Shown piece by piece: positions 1 to 9,869 of a stretch of DNA of 64,000 nt; positions within the stretch are counted from its first letter, which is position 1, and each line of letters starts with the position of its first letter. The DNA is from Patescibacteria group bacterium (lineage in GTDB: Bacteria > Patescibacteriota > Minisyncoccia > Minisyncoccales > RBG-13-42-11), in NCBI GenBank assembly GCA_035529635.1, contig DATKWJ010000005.1, positions 1,424-65,423 of the forward strand, read 5' to 3'. The translations under genes and the position numbers were made by a program. The notes under the pieces were generated by a model, which saw only the letters and a list, made by a program, of their open reading frames with translations, was not told the origin of the DNA and made no database searches.

Positions 1-159
1 GAGAAGCAGCGATTGGAAGACTTGGATTTCATGTTTCAAAATCTCTATCTGTTGAAGCAGTAAAGATCTTTCCGTCTGCGTCAGGGCCGCGGCGGGCTTG
101 GGGACAACAAGAGAAAACGTCAAAAAAAATATTAGCAGAAAGGGAAAAGATTTCGTCAT
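1..159 (-). CDS. Exported protein, 5' part only (runs off the window start)
   Basis: Manual translation MTKSFPFLLIFFLTFSLVVPKPAAALTQTERSLLLQQIEILKHEIQVFQSLLL: signal peptide (AAA|L), then a coiled-coil-like stretch; not in the ORF track. Confidence 0.7.
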   Translation of the reverse strand, partial: MTKSFPFLLIFFLTFSLVVPKPAAALTQTERSLLLQQIEILKHEIQVFQSLLL

Positions 160-253
160 TATTTATATTTATACCTTTTTTAGCCGGAATTTTCAAGAAA
201 ATTTTACAAAATTTATTGAATCAGGCAAATGCCAGTTTCGGTTCAATAAGAAT

Positions 254-291
254 AAAAAACCCCTCTTCCGCGAAGAAAAGGGGTATTTTTT
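254..291 (-). terminator. Intrinsic terminator downstream of 310-975
   Basis: A-run, CCCCT-CTTC-cgc-GAAG-aaa-AGGGG, T-run. Confidence 0.6.
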
Positions 292-309
292 GCCTTAATA
301 AACCCTTGT

Positions 310-975
310 TTAGAAATTCCAAACCTTGCAGCCGGCGCCGAGATACCAGCCATTGTCGACTGTCAGATTTTTGTCTTCACGGAGAGTCATCGGCATTCTG
401 AAACCGTAGCCGGCTTCGAGAGCGATGTCCCAGAGACATAATTCCGCGAACAGCGACATGGAAGTGGAAATGTTGTAGGTATCGTTGTTCTTCTCAATGT
501 TCAAGCTTGGCACTACGGTGGAAAATATCCGTAAAGACCAATTATCGCCGGTGGCGATGTCTGTTCCGACAAAAGGCTGCAGTGAAATACTGTGATGCCT
601 TATCTTGTTGGTAAAGAAACTCTGATCCACCGGACCACTGTCGGTATGTTTAAATTTCCAGAAATCTGTTTCAACTTTGAAATTCTGGTATGACAATCTG
701 ACTTGGCTGTGAACGATCTTGCCCCAGATTCTGTCAGTATTGTCGAGGCGGGCGATGGCGGTAATTTTGAATCCAGGATTCTTTCTTGTTCCATTGTTCA
801 GGGTTTCAAATCCAGCTTGGTCTTTTTGCCAATAACCGGGATTGAACGATGAGCCGGGCATCAGGTTGTAGATTCTCAAATCGAGGCTGGATTTTTCGAC
901 CAGCGTTGTTTCTTCGGCCATGGCCGTGTTTGCCAAGCAGAAGAATACGATGAGGAACAAAGCTGTCCACTTCAT
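310..975 (-). CDS. Secreted orphan, outer-membrane beta-barrel-like protein
   Basis: Signal peptide MKWTALFLIVFFCLANTAMA|EE; amphipathic beta strands; C-terminus LEAGYGF...GWYLGAGCKVWNF; SD AGGAGGT 5 nt upstream. Confidence 0.7.
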   Translation of the reverse strand: MKWTALFLIVFFCLANTAMAEETTLVEKSSLDLRIYNLMPGSSFNPGYWQKDQAGFETLNNGTRKNPGFKITAIARLDNTDRIWGKIVHSQVRLSYQNFKVETDFWKFKHTDSGPVDQSFFTNKIRHHSISLQPFVGTDIATGDNWSLRIFSTVVPSLNIEKNNDTYNISTSMSLFAELCLWDIALEAGYGFRMPMTLREDKNLTVDNGWYLGAGCKVWNF

Positions 976-980
976 TACTG

Positions 981-1069
981 ACCTCCTGTAGCAGGGGTTT
1001 GAGGGTTAATTAAGTAAAATATTAATGAGCTGATATTGATATCATAACATATTATTTAGTATTTGTCAA
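981..1069 (-). promoter_or_regulatory. Sigma70 promoter, boxA-like element and SD of 310-975
   Basis: Minus strand: TTGACA (1069-1064), 17 nt, TG-n-TATGAT (1046-1041); AGCTCATTAATA (1031-1020); AGGAGGT (987-981). Confidence 0.7.
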
Positions 1070-1166
1070 TAATATAAACTGGTATATTTATTTTTAACGA
1101 AGACTTGATTTTTTAGAAGAAAAAGCGTATTATTAAAGCAGAGATTAAGAGTTTGGATTTATAAGT

Positions 1167-1436
1167 ATGTATAAAAGCATCCAAAGATTTTTAAATAAGG
1201 AACGGTCTTCGGTGATTGTATCTCAAAAAATTACCAAAGAGCAATTTTTATCGGAGCACAATAAATTATCCCCTTCGAATCTGCAGGCCACAACACCTTT
1301 GCTTTCCCGTTTTAAAACGGAAAAATCGTTGCTTTTCAAAGACGAAAGTTGGTCTATAGATAAACTTCGAAGGCCTTTTATCTTATGGCTTACTTCTTTG
1401 ACATCCGGAGAGAAAAAAAAGATCAATAAGGATTAA
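1167..1436 (+). CDS. Hypothetical protein (start uncertain)
   Basis: 89-aa ORF in an otherwise non-coding gap; no recognisable motif. Confidence 0.55.
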   Translation: MYKSIQRFLNKERSSVIVSQKITKEQFLSEHNKLSPSNLQATTPLLSRFKTEKSLLFKDESWSIDKLRRPFILWLTSLTSGEKKKINKD

Positions 1437-1441
1437 AAAAT

Positions 1442-1558
1442 ATGAAAAATTCAAGCAATCAGAATAAAAATAAAAACAGGAGAAGGCATCGCAAATTGAC
1501 GAAGAAACACAGAGGAAAAATTTCCCCCAAGCAAAGGCACGGAAAGAAAAAGAAATAA
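1442..1558 (+). CDS. Small very basic peptide, 38 aa
   Basis: MKNSSNQNKNKNRRRHRKLTKKHRGKISPKQRHGKKKK; starts 5 nt after the previous stop and is followed by a terminator. Confidence 0.55.
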   Translation: MKNSSNQNKNKNRRRHRKLTKKHRGKISPKQRHGKKKK

Positions 1559-1565
1559 CGGACTT

Positions 1566-1592
1566 AAAAGTCGCCAAAGAGGCGGCTTTTTG
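1566..1592 (+). terminator. Intrinsic terminator, CGCC-N5-GGCG family
   Basis: AAAAGTCGCC-aaaga-GGCGGCTTTTT. Confidence 0.7.
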
Positions 1593-1638
1593 TTAGAGTA
1601 AGATAAAGGTCGGTTTTAATGATTTCAGAAGTAAAAAT

Positions 1639-2361
1639 ATGAAAAAAACAATAATTCTCGCCTTAGTTCTCGTTTTGAATATTTCAATCGTTTCAATCGC
1701 CGATTCCCAGAATGTCGGGCAGGAGCAGCAAATGCAGGCAGGCCAAGGCCAGCAGATACAGATGCAGACGGAACAGCAAACGCAAAATCAAGGGGAAGAA
1801 ACGAATTTGATGATTCAACAGATAATTCAGCAAAGGATGCAGTGGGAAATACAGAAATTGGACGAGATAAAGGAAACCGTTCAGCAGAGAAAACAGGAAA
1901 TGAATCAGGAAATCCAGCAAATGGAAAAGAGCGAGCAGAAAGTTTATCAGAATCAAAATGAAGTGAGATTAGCCGTTCATTCTTTACTGTCCATGGAGGA
2001 GGTGCTCGGAGGCATAGGACAGCAGGTTTCTCAAATCGCCAAGGAATTCAACAATTCCGTCCAAGCGACCATCAAGGCGGAGGAGAGGATAGAAAACAGA
2101 AATCGGCTGGTGAAATTCTTTACTGGAGGCGATGAAGAAGCGGCCGGAATGCTCGAACAGGAAATGGAAAGAAACGAAATAAGAATCAGGCAACTCATGC
2201 AGTTGTCGGAACAGTGTGCTTGCGGCGATGATGTAAAAGCCGTATTTCAAGAACAGATAATGAAAATGGAACAGGAACAAAGCAGATTACAGCAGATAGC
2301 GCAAGGGGAGAAACAGGCCAAGGGAATATTCGGTTGGTTATTCGGCTGGCTGCGAAAGTAA
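1639..2361 (+). CDS. Secreted Gln-rich coiled-coil protein
   Basis: Signal peptide, Q-rich N-terminus, helical coiled coil, amphipathic C-terminus GIFGWLFGWLRK. Confidence 0.8.
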   Translation: MKKTIILALVLVLNISIVSIADSQNVGQEQQMQAGQGQQIQMQTEQQTQNQGEETNLMIQQIIQQRMQWEIQKLDEIKETVQQRKQEMNQEIQQMEKSEQKVYQNQNEVRLAVHSLLSMEEVLGGIGQQVSQIAKEFNNSVQATIKAEERIENRNRLVKFFTGGDEEAAGMLEQEMERNEIRIRQLMQLSEQCACGDDVKAVFQEQIMKMEQEQSRLQQIAQGEKQAKGIFGWLFGWLRK

Positions 2362-2385
2362 GATATTTTGAAAGATTTCAGTTTT

Positions 2386-2418
2386 GAACTCGCCTTGAAA
2401 AAGGCGAGTTTTCTTTCT
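2386..2418 (+). terminator. Intrinsic terminator
   Basis: AACTCGCCTT-gaaa-AAGGCGAGTT followed by T-rich tract. Confidence 0.75.
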
Positions 2419-2510
2419 TGTTTTGAATAGAAATTAATTATAACAATTGCTTTTTCTCTGATTTTTAGCTATTCTTCTAAAAAAGGTTGAAATATGAAAT
2501 TCAAATAAAT

Positions 2511-3254
2511 ATGACAAAAACAAAAAAAGCAATTTCAATCGTTTTTATCCTCGTCGTTATCCTGGCGGTTTATTATTGGAAGCCGAGAACGGAAACAAAG
2601 GAATTATTGACGCCGAGCCAAACGGTTGAGAATTTTTACAGCGAATGGCTGTCTTATTCAGGAGAACCTCCGACGAGAAATCCGATGGCTGATAAAATAT
2701 ACCGATCAAGCGATTACGTGACGGAAAAACTGATACAAAGATTGGATAATAACATTTCAGCCGAGGAAACGGGTGATTACGACCGCGTGCTCTGCAGTCA
2801 GAAAATACCGGAAAAGATTGAATTAAGAGAATCTTTTATCAAAGAGGGAGAAGCGGAAATTATTGTTATTGAAGATTTCTGGGGACAATTGAAAGAGATA
2901 ACAGTGTCTTTAAAACTGACAGATGGAGAATGGAAAATAGACAAAATAACTTGTCCCGTGGCGGCTGATACTGATTCTAGCAGCCAATTGCCGAATCCGG
3001 CTTCCGTAAATTGCGCAGAACAAGGCGGCAATTTGGAAATCAGGACGGAAGTTGACGGCAGCCAGCGAGGATTTTGCATTTTCAGCGACGGTTCGGAATG
3101 CGAAGAATGGCAATTTTTCAGGGGAGAGTGCGAAAAAGGAAGCATTTTTTGCAAAGATTTATGCGGTGACGGAATCTGTCAGGAAATTGTTTGCCTGGCA
3201 ATCGGCTGTTCTTGCGCCGAAACGCCGGAAACTTGTCTCAAAGATTGCCGATAA
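2511..3254 (+). CDS. Membrane-anchored protein with DUF3828-like and DUF333 (putative hemolysin) domains and a Cys-rich tail
   Basis: N-terminal TM; VENFYSEW...WKIDKITC; NPASVNCAEQGG...GFC..SDG.ECEEWQFFRG; ATG 2511 preferred over TTG 2487. Confidence 0.75.
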   Translation: MTKTKKAISIVFILVVILAVYYWKPRTETKELLTPSQTVENFYSEWLSYSGEPPTRNPMADKIYRSSDYVTEKLIQRLDNNISAEETGDYDRVLCSQKIPEKIELRESFIKEGEAEIIVIEDFWGQLKEITVSLKLTDGEWKIDKITCPVAADTDSSSQLPNPASVNCAEQGGNLEIRTEVDGSQRGFCIFSDGSECEEWQFFRGECEKGSIFCKDLCGDGICQEIVCLAIGCSCAETPETCLKDCR

Positions 3255-3283
3255 CAACCGTTAATCCGGTTTTGAGTTAATGA

Positions 3284-3319
3284 TAAAAAATCGCCAAACA
3301 GGCGATTTTTTGATAGAAT
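3284..3319 (+). terminator. Terminator fused to an extended -10 promoter
   Basis: AAAAAATCGCC-aaaca-GGCGATTTTT followed directly by TGATAGAAT. Confidence 0.65.
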
Positions 3320-3329
3320 AAAGGCAATC

Positions 3330-4457
3330 ATGGAACCCTTAGCTTCAAAAATAAGACCTAAAACTTTAAAAGAATTCATGGGCCAGGAGCATTTGGTGGG
3401 CAAAGGCCAGCCTTTGAATATCGCTATAGAACAAAATCATCTGTTTTCTTTTATCCTTTGGGGTCCTCCGGGAACTGGAAAAACCACTTTGGCGAAAATA
3501 TACGCCAGCAATTTAAAGGCGAACCTTTACGAATTATCGGCGGTTTCAGCCGGCAAAGCGGATATCAAAAAAATAGCGGCCGAAGACAGTCAAGGACGAC
3601 CCAAAGTTTTGTTTTTAGATGAAATCCACCGCTTTAACAAATCCCAGCAGGATTTTCTGCTGCCGCTGGTAGAAAAAGGAGAAATAACTTTAATAGGAGC
3701 TACCACGGAAAATCCGAGTTTTGAAATAATTCCGCCCTTGCTTTCGCGTTGCCGGGTTTTTGTTTTAAACGAGCTCTCCGAAGAAGAGATGTCGGCCATT
3801 ATCAAACGGACCAAATTCAAGCTGGATAAGAAAGCCAAGGATTGGCTGATTGCCATGGCCAATGGGGATGCCAGGCAAGCCATCACCATGCTGGAAAACG
3901 CCTCGCGTTTTTACAAAGAAATCACTGTGGAAAGCCTAAAAAAGACCCTCCAGTCTAAATTTTTAAGATACGATAAGCAGGGAGAAGAGCATTACAACAC
4001 CATTTCGGCCTTTATCAAAAGTATGCGGGCCTCCCAGCCGAATGCCGCTCTCTATTATTTGGCCAGAATGATAGACAGCGGGGAAGACCCCAAGTTCATT
4101 GCCAGAAGAATGGTTATTTTCGCCTCGGAAGACATCGGCCTGGCCCAGCCCACGGCTTTGGTGGTAGCCAACGACGTTTTCCGGGCAGTGGAGATGATCG
4201 GTTTACCGGAATGCGGCATCAATCTAGCTCATGGCACGGCCTATTTATGCCAATGTAAAAAAAACAGAAGTGCCTATGAAGCTTACGTCAAAGCTATGGA
4301 AGACGTCAAAAAATACGGCAATCTGCCGATTCCTTTATCATTGCGCAACGCGCCAACCAAACTGATGGAGGAATTGAATTACGGCAAGGGATACGAAAAA
4401 TACAGCCAAGAAGATTTTCTGCCGGACAAGCTGAAAGGTAAAAAATATTTAAAATAA
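3330..4457 (+). CDS. rarA: Replication-associated recombination protein A (RarA/MgsA AAA+ ATPase)
   Basis: [52 protein letters not shown]. Confidence 0.95.
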   Translation: MEPLASKIRPKTLKEFMGQEHLVGKGQPLNIAIEQNHLFSFILWGPPGTGKTTLAKIYASNLKANLYELSAVSAGKADIKKIAAEDSQGRPKVLFLDEIHRFNKSQQDFLLPLVEKGEITLIGATTENPSFEIIPPLLSRCRVFVLNELSEEEMSAIIKRTKFKLDKKAKDWLIAMANGDARQAITMLENASRFYKEITVESLKKTLQSKFLRYDKQGEEHYNTISAFIKSMRASQPNAALYYLARMIDSGEDPKFIARRMVIFASEDIGLAQPTALVVANDVFRAVEMIGLPECGINLAHGTAYLCQCKKNRSAYEAYVKAMEDVKKYGNLPIPLSLRNAPTKLMEELNYGKGYEKYSQEDFLPDKLKGKKYLK

Positions 4458-4470
4458 TCATTACAATCAT

Positions 4471-5415
4471 ATGAATAACAAAAAAATCATTTTCGCGCTG
4501 ATAATTATCGTTCTAGGGGGAGCCGCATTGTATTTTATTGAATTTAAACCGGCAGAGGAGCCGATCTCCGGCATTGACAGTTTTGAAGAATGTGCCAACG
4601 CCGACTATCCGGTCTTGGAAAGCTATCCCAGGCAGTGCAAAACGCCGGACGGCAGAACGTTTGCGGAAGATATCGGCAACGAATTGGAAAAGTCCGATCT
4701 AATAAGAATAAGCGTTCCCCGTCCCAACCAGATTATTCAAAGTCCACTTATTATTAAAGGAGAAGCCAGGGGATTCTGGTTTTTTGAAGCAAGTTTTCCC
4801 GTCAAACTGTTAGATGAAAACGGCCAGTTGCTGGCTTCGGCCGTAGCTTATGTCCAGGAAGATTGGATGACCGAGGATTTCATTCCTTTTGAGGCCGAAA
4901 TCCTTTTCGAGCGGCCGGCCGCGGAAAAAGGAACGCTTGTTTTGGAAAAAGACAATCCTTCGGGTTTGCCGGAAAATGCCGATGAATTGAGATTGCCGGT
5001 AAAATTCGGAGAAGCGGCGGCTGCGGAAACAATGACGATAAAAGCGTATTTCAACAACGACAGGCTGGATCCGGAATTTTCCTGCAATAAAGTTTTCCCG
5101 GTGGAAAGAGAAATTCCTGAAACACAGGCAGTCGCCCGGGCCGCTTTGGAAGAATTATTAAAAGGCCCGACGGAAGAAGAAAAGTCGGCAGGATTCTTCA
5201 CCAGCATCAATCCCGGCGTAAAAATCCAAAAATTAAGTATTGAAAACGGAACGCTCAAAGTCGATTTTGACGAACAGTTAGAATTCCAGGTTGGCGGCTC
5301 ATGTCGCGTTTCAGCTATCAGGGCTCAGATTACCCAGACCCTTAAGCAATTTTCGACCGTGAACGAAGTGATAATTTCCGTCAACGGCCGGACGGAAGAT
5401 ATTCTGCAGCCCTGA
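4471..5415 (+). CDS. Membrane-anchored Gmad2 Ig-like and GerMN domain protein
   Basis: N-terminal TM; GEARGFWFFEASFPV...KDNPSGLPEN; ALEELLKGPT...QITQTLKQF..V..V.ISVNG. Confidence 0.8.
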   Translation: MNNKKIIFALIIIVLGGAALYFIEFKPAEEPISGIDSFEECANADYPVLESYPRQCKTPDGRTFAEDIGNELEKSDLIRISVPRPNQIIQSPLIIKGEARGFWFFEASFPVKLLDENGQLLASAVAYVQEDWMTEDFIPFEAEILFERPAAEKGTLVLEKDNPSGLPENADELRLPVKFGEAAAAETMTIKAYFNNDRLDPEFSCNKVFPVEREIPETQAVARAALEELLKGPTEEEKSAGFFTSINPGVKIQKLSIENGTLKVDFDEQLEFQVGGSCRVSAIRAQITQTLKQFSTVNEVIISVNGRTEDILQP

Positions 5416-5442
5416 AGCAAAATTTTAGAATAGGGAGTTTTT

Positions 5443-7977
5443 ATGAATTTTTCCGAATATACAACCAAAGAAATCGAAGAAGTTTTCCATAATCTGAAAA
5501 CTTCCAAGAGCGGCCTTTCCGAGGAAGAGGCGAAAAAACGCCTGCAAAATTGCGGTCTTAACGAAGTCAAAACCAAAAAAGTCGGTTTGCTGGATATTTT
5601 TTTCAGGCAGTTCAAATCGCCGTTTTTTTATCTTCTTTTTGTCGCTTCGGTCATCGCTTTTTTAATTGGCGAGAAAATCGACGGGTCTTTGATTCTGTTT
5701 TTCGTTTTTATCAATGTTTTCTTGGGATTTTTTCAAGAAGCCAAAGCCCAGAAAGCGGTTTTTCTTTTGAAAAAATATCTTCCTTTGACGGCCAGGGTTT
5801 TAAGAGAAGGAAAAGAAAAAATCATCAATAAAACTTTACTGGTTCCCGGAGACATAGTTTTACTCGAACCGGGCAATATCGTCCCGGCCGATTTAAGAAT
5901 TAGCAAAGTTCAGGACTTTTTAGCCGACGAGTCGATTTTAACCGGCGAGCCGTTTCCCGTCGGTAAAACCGCCGGGCCGCTAGTAGAAGAAACAAAAGAG
6001 ATTTTCAAGGCGAAAAACGTCCTTTTTGCCGGCACTTCCATAATCTCCGGGGAAGCCGAAGGAATAGTAATCGCTACGGCCAAAAAGACGGTTTTCGGCG
6101 AAATCGCCAAATTAGCCGCGGAAATTCCCAAGGAAAGCGTTTACGAAAAAAATATTCTCAAATTATCACGAATTATCTTGAGAATAGTCGTGGTAACGAT
6201 TGTTTTTATCTTCCTGGTCAATTTGGCAGTCAAAGGAACAGCGAATTTATTCGATTTCTTGATTTTTTCCATCGCTTTGGTAGTTAGTATCATTCCCGAG
6301 GCCTTGCCGCTGGTGGTGACTTTTTCCCTTTCCAACGGAGCTTTGAAATTGGCCAAAGAAAAAGTGGTCGTCAAAAGATTGTCGGCCGTGGAAGATTTGG
6401 GCGATATTGAAATTTTATGCACCGACAAGACCGGCACGCTGACCGAAAATAAACTTGAAATGGAAAGCGTTTATTCTCAAGACCGAGAGAAATGCCTGTT
6501 ATACGGACTTTTGTCTTCTTCGTACGTTGAAGAAGAGATTGAATCGGCTCTTAATCCTTTCGATTCTGCCGTTTTTGAAAAAGCTTCCGGAAAAATACGC
6601 AATTCTTTGAAAGATTTCCGGACGGTTGCCGAAATCCCTTTCAATACTCTAAGGCTCAGAAACAGCGCTCTTTTGGAAGACAAGAATAAAAATTTGATTT
6701 TAATCGTCAAAGGGGCGCCGGAAACCATTCTCGATTTGTCTTCGAAAATCGAAGGCGGACAAAGCCGGGAAATCCTCAAAGAAGAGATAAAAAAACAAGG
6801 CGAAGCCGGCAGAAGAATTTTGGCCGTGGCTTTCAAACCCTTAGCCAAGCCGGTTTTTTCCGAAGAGGACGAGAAAGGCCTGAATTTTTTGGGTTATTTT
6901 TCTTTCGCCGACCCGCTTAAAAAAACGGCCAAAAACGCCGTCCGCTTGTCTAAAGAATTGAACCTTAAAATTAAAATTTTGACGGGAGACGGCAAAGAAG
7001 TGGCCGGCCGGGTGGCAAAGGAGATAAAATTGATTGAAGACGCTGGCCAGGTTATTTCGGGGGAAACTTTGAATTCTCTGTTGCCGGAAGATTTTGAAAA
7101 AGCTTGTGAAGAATTTTCGGTTTTCGCCAGAATTTCCCCTCAAACGAAATACAAAATAATCGAGGCGCTTCAAAAAAAATACGAAGTCGGGTTCCTGGGG
7201 GAAGGGATTAACGACGTGCCGGCTCTGAAAGCCGCCAATCTGGCCATAGCCGTCAAGGGAGCTGCCGACATTTCCCGGGAAGTTTCGGATATCGTTTTAC
7301 TCAAAAAAGACCTTAAGGTTATTGTCAACGGCGTCAAAGAGGGAAGGCGCATTTTTTCCAATACGAACAAATACATCAAATGTACTTTGGCCAGCAATTT
7401 CGGGAATTTTTATTCGATAGCTTTGATTTCTTTAATGATTCCGTTTCTGCCCATGCTGCCGACCCAAATTCTATTGGTCAATCTTTTGTCTGATTTTCCC
7501 TTAATCAGCGTGGCTTCTGACAAAATCGATACTGAAGAATCGAAAAGACCGAAACTTTATCTCTTAAATAAAATCTTTCTGCTTATTGTTCTGCTGGCTT
7601 TGGTCAGTTTTGTTTTTGACTTTATCTTTTTCGGCATTTTCTATAAAAGTCAGCCGGCTCTCCTGCAAACCCTTTGGTTTATTGAAAGCGTTTTAACGGA
7701 AATCGTGCTTATATTTTCCGTCAGAACTTCGCATTTTTTCCTGAAGGCGAGGAGACCCAGTTTTCTTTTAACGTTTTTTTCCGCTGCCGTTTTTCTGACG
7801 ACCGTTCTTCTGCCTTTTACGAATTTCGGCCAAGAAATTTTCCATTTTACTTCCCCTCCGCTGCCGGCCCTGTTGATTGTTTTTTCGTTAGTTTTGGTTT
7901 ATTTTGTAATCAGCGAAGCGGTGAAATTGATTTATTTCCGGCGGTTTAAACTGAATCATGATAAAAAATTTGCTTAA
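5443..7977 (+). CDS. P-type cation-transporting ATPase (MgtA/Mg2+-type-like)
   Basis: DKTGTLT, PEALP, KGAPE, TGD, GEGIND; about 10 TM segments. Confidence 0.9.
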   Translation: MNFSEYTTKEIEEVFHNLKTSKSGLSEEEAKKRLQNCGLNEVKTKKVGLLDIFFRQFKSPFFYLLFVASVIAFLIGEKIDGSLILFFVFINVFLGFFQEAKAQKAVFLLKKYLPLTARVLREGKEKIINKTLLVPGDIVLLEPGNIVPADLRISKVQDFLADESILTGEPFPVGKTAGPLVEETKEIFKAKNVLFAGTSIISGEAEGIVIATAKKTVFGEIAKLAAEIPKESVYEKNILKLSRIILRIVVVTIVFIFLVNLAVKGTANLFDFLIFSIALVVSIIPEALPLVVTFSLSNGALKLAKEKVVVKRLSAVEDLGDIEILCTDKTGTLTENKLEMESVYSQDREKCLLYGLLSSSYVEEEIESALNPFDSAVFEKASGKIRNSLKDFRTVAEIPFNTLRLRNSALLEDKNKNLILIVKGAPETILDLSSKIEGGQSREILKEEIKKQGEAGRRILAVAFKPLAKPVFSEEDEKGLNFLGYFSFADPLKKTAKNAVRLSKELNLKIKILTGDGKEVAGRVAKEIKLIEDAGQVISGETLNSLLPEDFEKACEEFSVFARISPQTKYKIIEALQKKYEVGFLGEGINDVPALKAANLAIAVKGAADISREVSDIVLLKKDLKVIVNGVKEGRRIFSNTNKYIKCTLASNFGNFYSIALISLMIPFLPMLPTQILLVNLLSDFPLISVASDKIDTEESKRPKLYLLNKIFLLIVLLALVSFVFDFIFFGIFYKSQPALLQTLWFIESVLTEIVLIFSVRTSHFFLKARRPSFLLTFFSAAVFLTTVLLPFTNFGQEIFHFTSPPLPALLIVFSLVLVYFVISEAVKLIYFRRFKLNHDKKFA

Positions 7978-8659
7978 AATCGAGAAAAACGGAAAATTTT
8001 ATTTTTATTTCAATCTGATTCTCAGGATTATTCTGATTTTAGCTTTTGCCGCCTCTTTCTGGGAACAGAACTGGCTGAACGTTTTTCTCAGTTTTCTGAC
8101 TTTTATTCTGACGTTTATCCCTTCGTTCATCCAAAGCAGGCACAAGATAAATCTGCCAGGGGAAATCCAGGTTTTGATCGTATTATTTTTGTATGCGGGC
8201 ATTTTTCTGGGAGGGGTGCAGGAGTTTTATTACAAATTCTGGTGGTGGAGTTATCTTTTACATGCTTTAAGCGGGCTCGGTCTGGGTCTGGCCGGATTTC
8301 TGATCTTGTATTCTCTCCATCAGAGCGGAAAATTGGCTGTCAGTCCTTTTTTAATCGTTTTATTTTCTTTTAGTTTCGCCTTGACTATGGGAATACTATG
8401 GGAAATTTTCGAGTTCGGCATGGATTCTTTTTTCGGTTTCAATATGCAAAAAGCGAGAAATCTGGAGGAAGCTTACGGCTATTTCGAAACGAGGTTCGGG
8501 CTGCTGGACACTATGTGGGATTTGATTTTGGACGCTTTGGGTGCTTTGGCCGCCGCCGCAGCCGGCTTTCTTTATCTTAAGAAGAAAGAAGTTTTTTTGT
8601 TTGACAAGCTGGTGGAAAAATTCAAAAAAAACAACCCCGGACTTTTTAAGCGGGGATAA
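7958..8659 (+). CDS. Integral membrane protein (DUF2238-like)
   Basis: Several TMs; WW...LH, G.LWEIFEF, DTMWDL. Confidence 0.7.
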   Translation: MIKNLLKIEKNGKFYFYFNLILRIILILAFAASFWEQNWLNVFLSFLTFILTFIPSFIQSRHKINLPGEIQVLIVLFLYAGIFLGGVQEFYYKFWWWSYLLHALSGLGLGLAGFLILYSLHQSGKLAVSPFLIVLFSFSFALTMGILWEIFEFGMDSFFGFNMQKARNLEEAYGYFETRFGLLDTMWDLILDALGALAAAAAGFLYLKKKEVFLFDKLVEKFKKNNPGLFKRG

Positions 8660-8823
8660 GCGGTCGTCTTGACTTCCGGCCGGCGGCAATATATTATGGA
8701 ACGGTAAGTTTCTTATTTTTAAACGGATAATCAAGGCATAAAAAAGTTTTCTTGCCTTTCGTGCGTTTTCAGAAAATAAGATGGTCGGCTTACTCGTTCA
8801 GTTATAAGAAAATAAAAAACGTT

Positions 8824-9153
8824 ATGGCGAAAAAATTATACGTAGGCAGCCTGTCTTATGAGACGACCGAGAATACTTTGCGCGAGGCTTTTTCCAAAGC
8901 CGGCCAAGTGGAATCGGTGGCCATTATCATCGATAAAATGTCCGGACGTTCAAAAGGATTCGGTTTCGTTGAAATGTCTTCCGATGAAGAGGCTCAGAAA
9001 GCCATTGAGATGTTCAATGAGAAAGAGCTCGACGGCCGTAAAATCATGGTCAATGAAGCTCGTCCCATGGAATCCCGCCCGCAAAGAGGCGGAGGAGGAT
9101 TCAATCGCGGCAATCGGGGAGGTTTCGGCGGCGGCCGCAGAGACAACTGGTAA
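8824..9153 (+). CDS. RRM RNA-binding protein with Gly/Arg tail
   Basis: KLYVGSL (RNP2), KGFGFVEM (RNP1); ATG 8824 preferred over the ORF-track start. Confidence 0.95.
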   Translation: MAKKLYVGSLSYETTENTLREAFSKAGQVESVAIIIDKMSGRSKGFGFVEMSSDEEAQKAIEMFNEKELDGRKIMVNEARPMESRPQRGGGGFNRGNRGGFGGGRRDNW

Positions 9154-9174
9154 TATTTTATCATTCGAAATCCG

Positions 9175-9210
9175 CAAAAAATCGCCTTTTAGGCGGTTTT
9201 TTGATAGAAT
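9175..9210 (+). terminator. Terminator fused to an extended -10 promoter
   Basis: AAAAAATCGCC-tttta-GGCGGTTTTT followed by TGATAGAAT; near copy of 3284-3319. Confidence 0.65.
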
Positions 9211-9219
9211 AGACAAAGT

Positions 9220-9855
9220 ATGGGGGAAAATTTACTGGTGATTTTCGATTTTGACGGGACGATCGCCGATACCGCAAAATCTCTTAAAATATTGGTCAAC
9301 AAACTGTCCGATGATTTTGATTTTCGGAAGATAAAAGAAGCGGATTGGCAGGAATTGAGAAACAAGGAAAGCAAGGAAATATTCAGAAATTTGGGGATTT
9401 CCCTGACAAAACTTCCTTATATGTTAAGGAAGATCCGCCGCGATCTGCAGAAAGAACTGGAAAAAATAAAGCCGGTTAAAGGAATAAAAGAAGCTTTGCT
9501 TGAAATTAAAGATAACAAATGCAAGTTGGGCATACTCACTTCCAATTCTTCGGCCGCGGTGGCGAAATTCCTGAAAATCAACCAGCTTGATTTTTTCGAT
9601 TTCATCCGTTCGGAAAGCGATATTTTCAATAAGGCGAAAAAACTGAACAATCTGCTGAAAAAAGAAAAGTTCGACCGGCAAAACGTTTTCTACGTGGGCG
9701 ACGAAACAAGGGATATTAAAGCGGCCCGAAAAGCGAAGGTCAAAGCCGTGGCAGTAAGCTGGGGGTTTAACGGCCGGGAAATACTGAAAAAGCAGAATCC
9801 GGATTATTTGGTCAACAAGCCGGAAGAATTAATTGCTCTTTTGAACGATTTTTAG
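9220..9855 (+). CDS. HAD-family phosphatase (phosphoglycolate phosphatase-like)
   Basis: FDFDGT, LTSN, YVGDETRD, WGFN. Confidence 0.9.
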   Translation: MGENLLVIFDFDGTIADTAKSLKILVNKLSDDFDFRKIKEADWQELRNKESKEIFRNLGISLTKLPYMLRKIRRDLQKELEKIKPVKGIKEALLEIKDNKCKLGILTSNSSAAVAKFLKINQLDFFDFIRSESDIFNKAKKLNNLLKKEKFDRQNVFYVGDETRDIKAARKAKVKAVAVSWGFNGREILKKQNPDYLVNKPEELIALLNDF

Positions 9856-9869
9856 TACCATTAAATCAT

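Noticed and set aside
1-63. Plus-strand gene end (EKQRLEDLDF...)
   Set aside because: The minus-strand frame from ATG 159 gives a convincing signal peptide and is preferred.
5413-5415. Alternative genetic code (TGA as Gly)
   Set aside because: TGA ends genes at the expected positions (5415, 54910) and conserved genes have no in-frame TGA.
8752-8823. N-terminal extensions in the ORF track (8752, 2487, 24387, 35697, 44237)
   Set aside because: Family homology and promoter positions favour the downstream ATGs.
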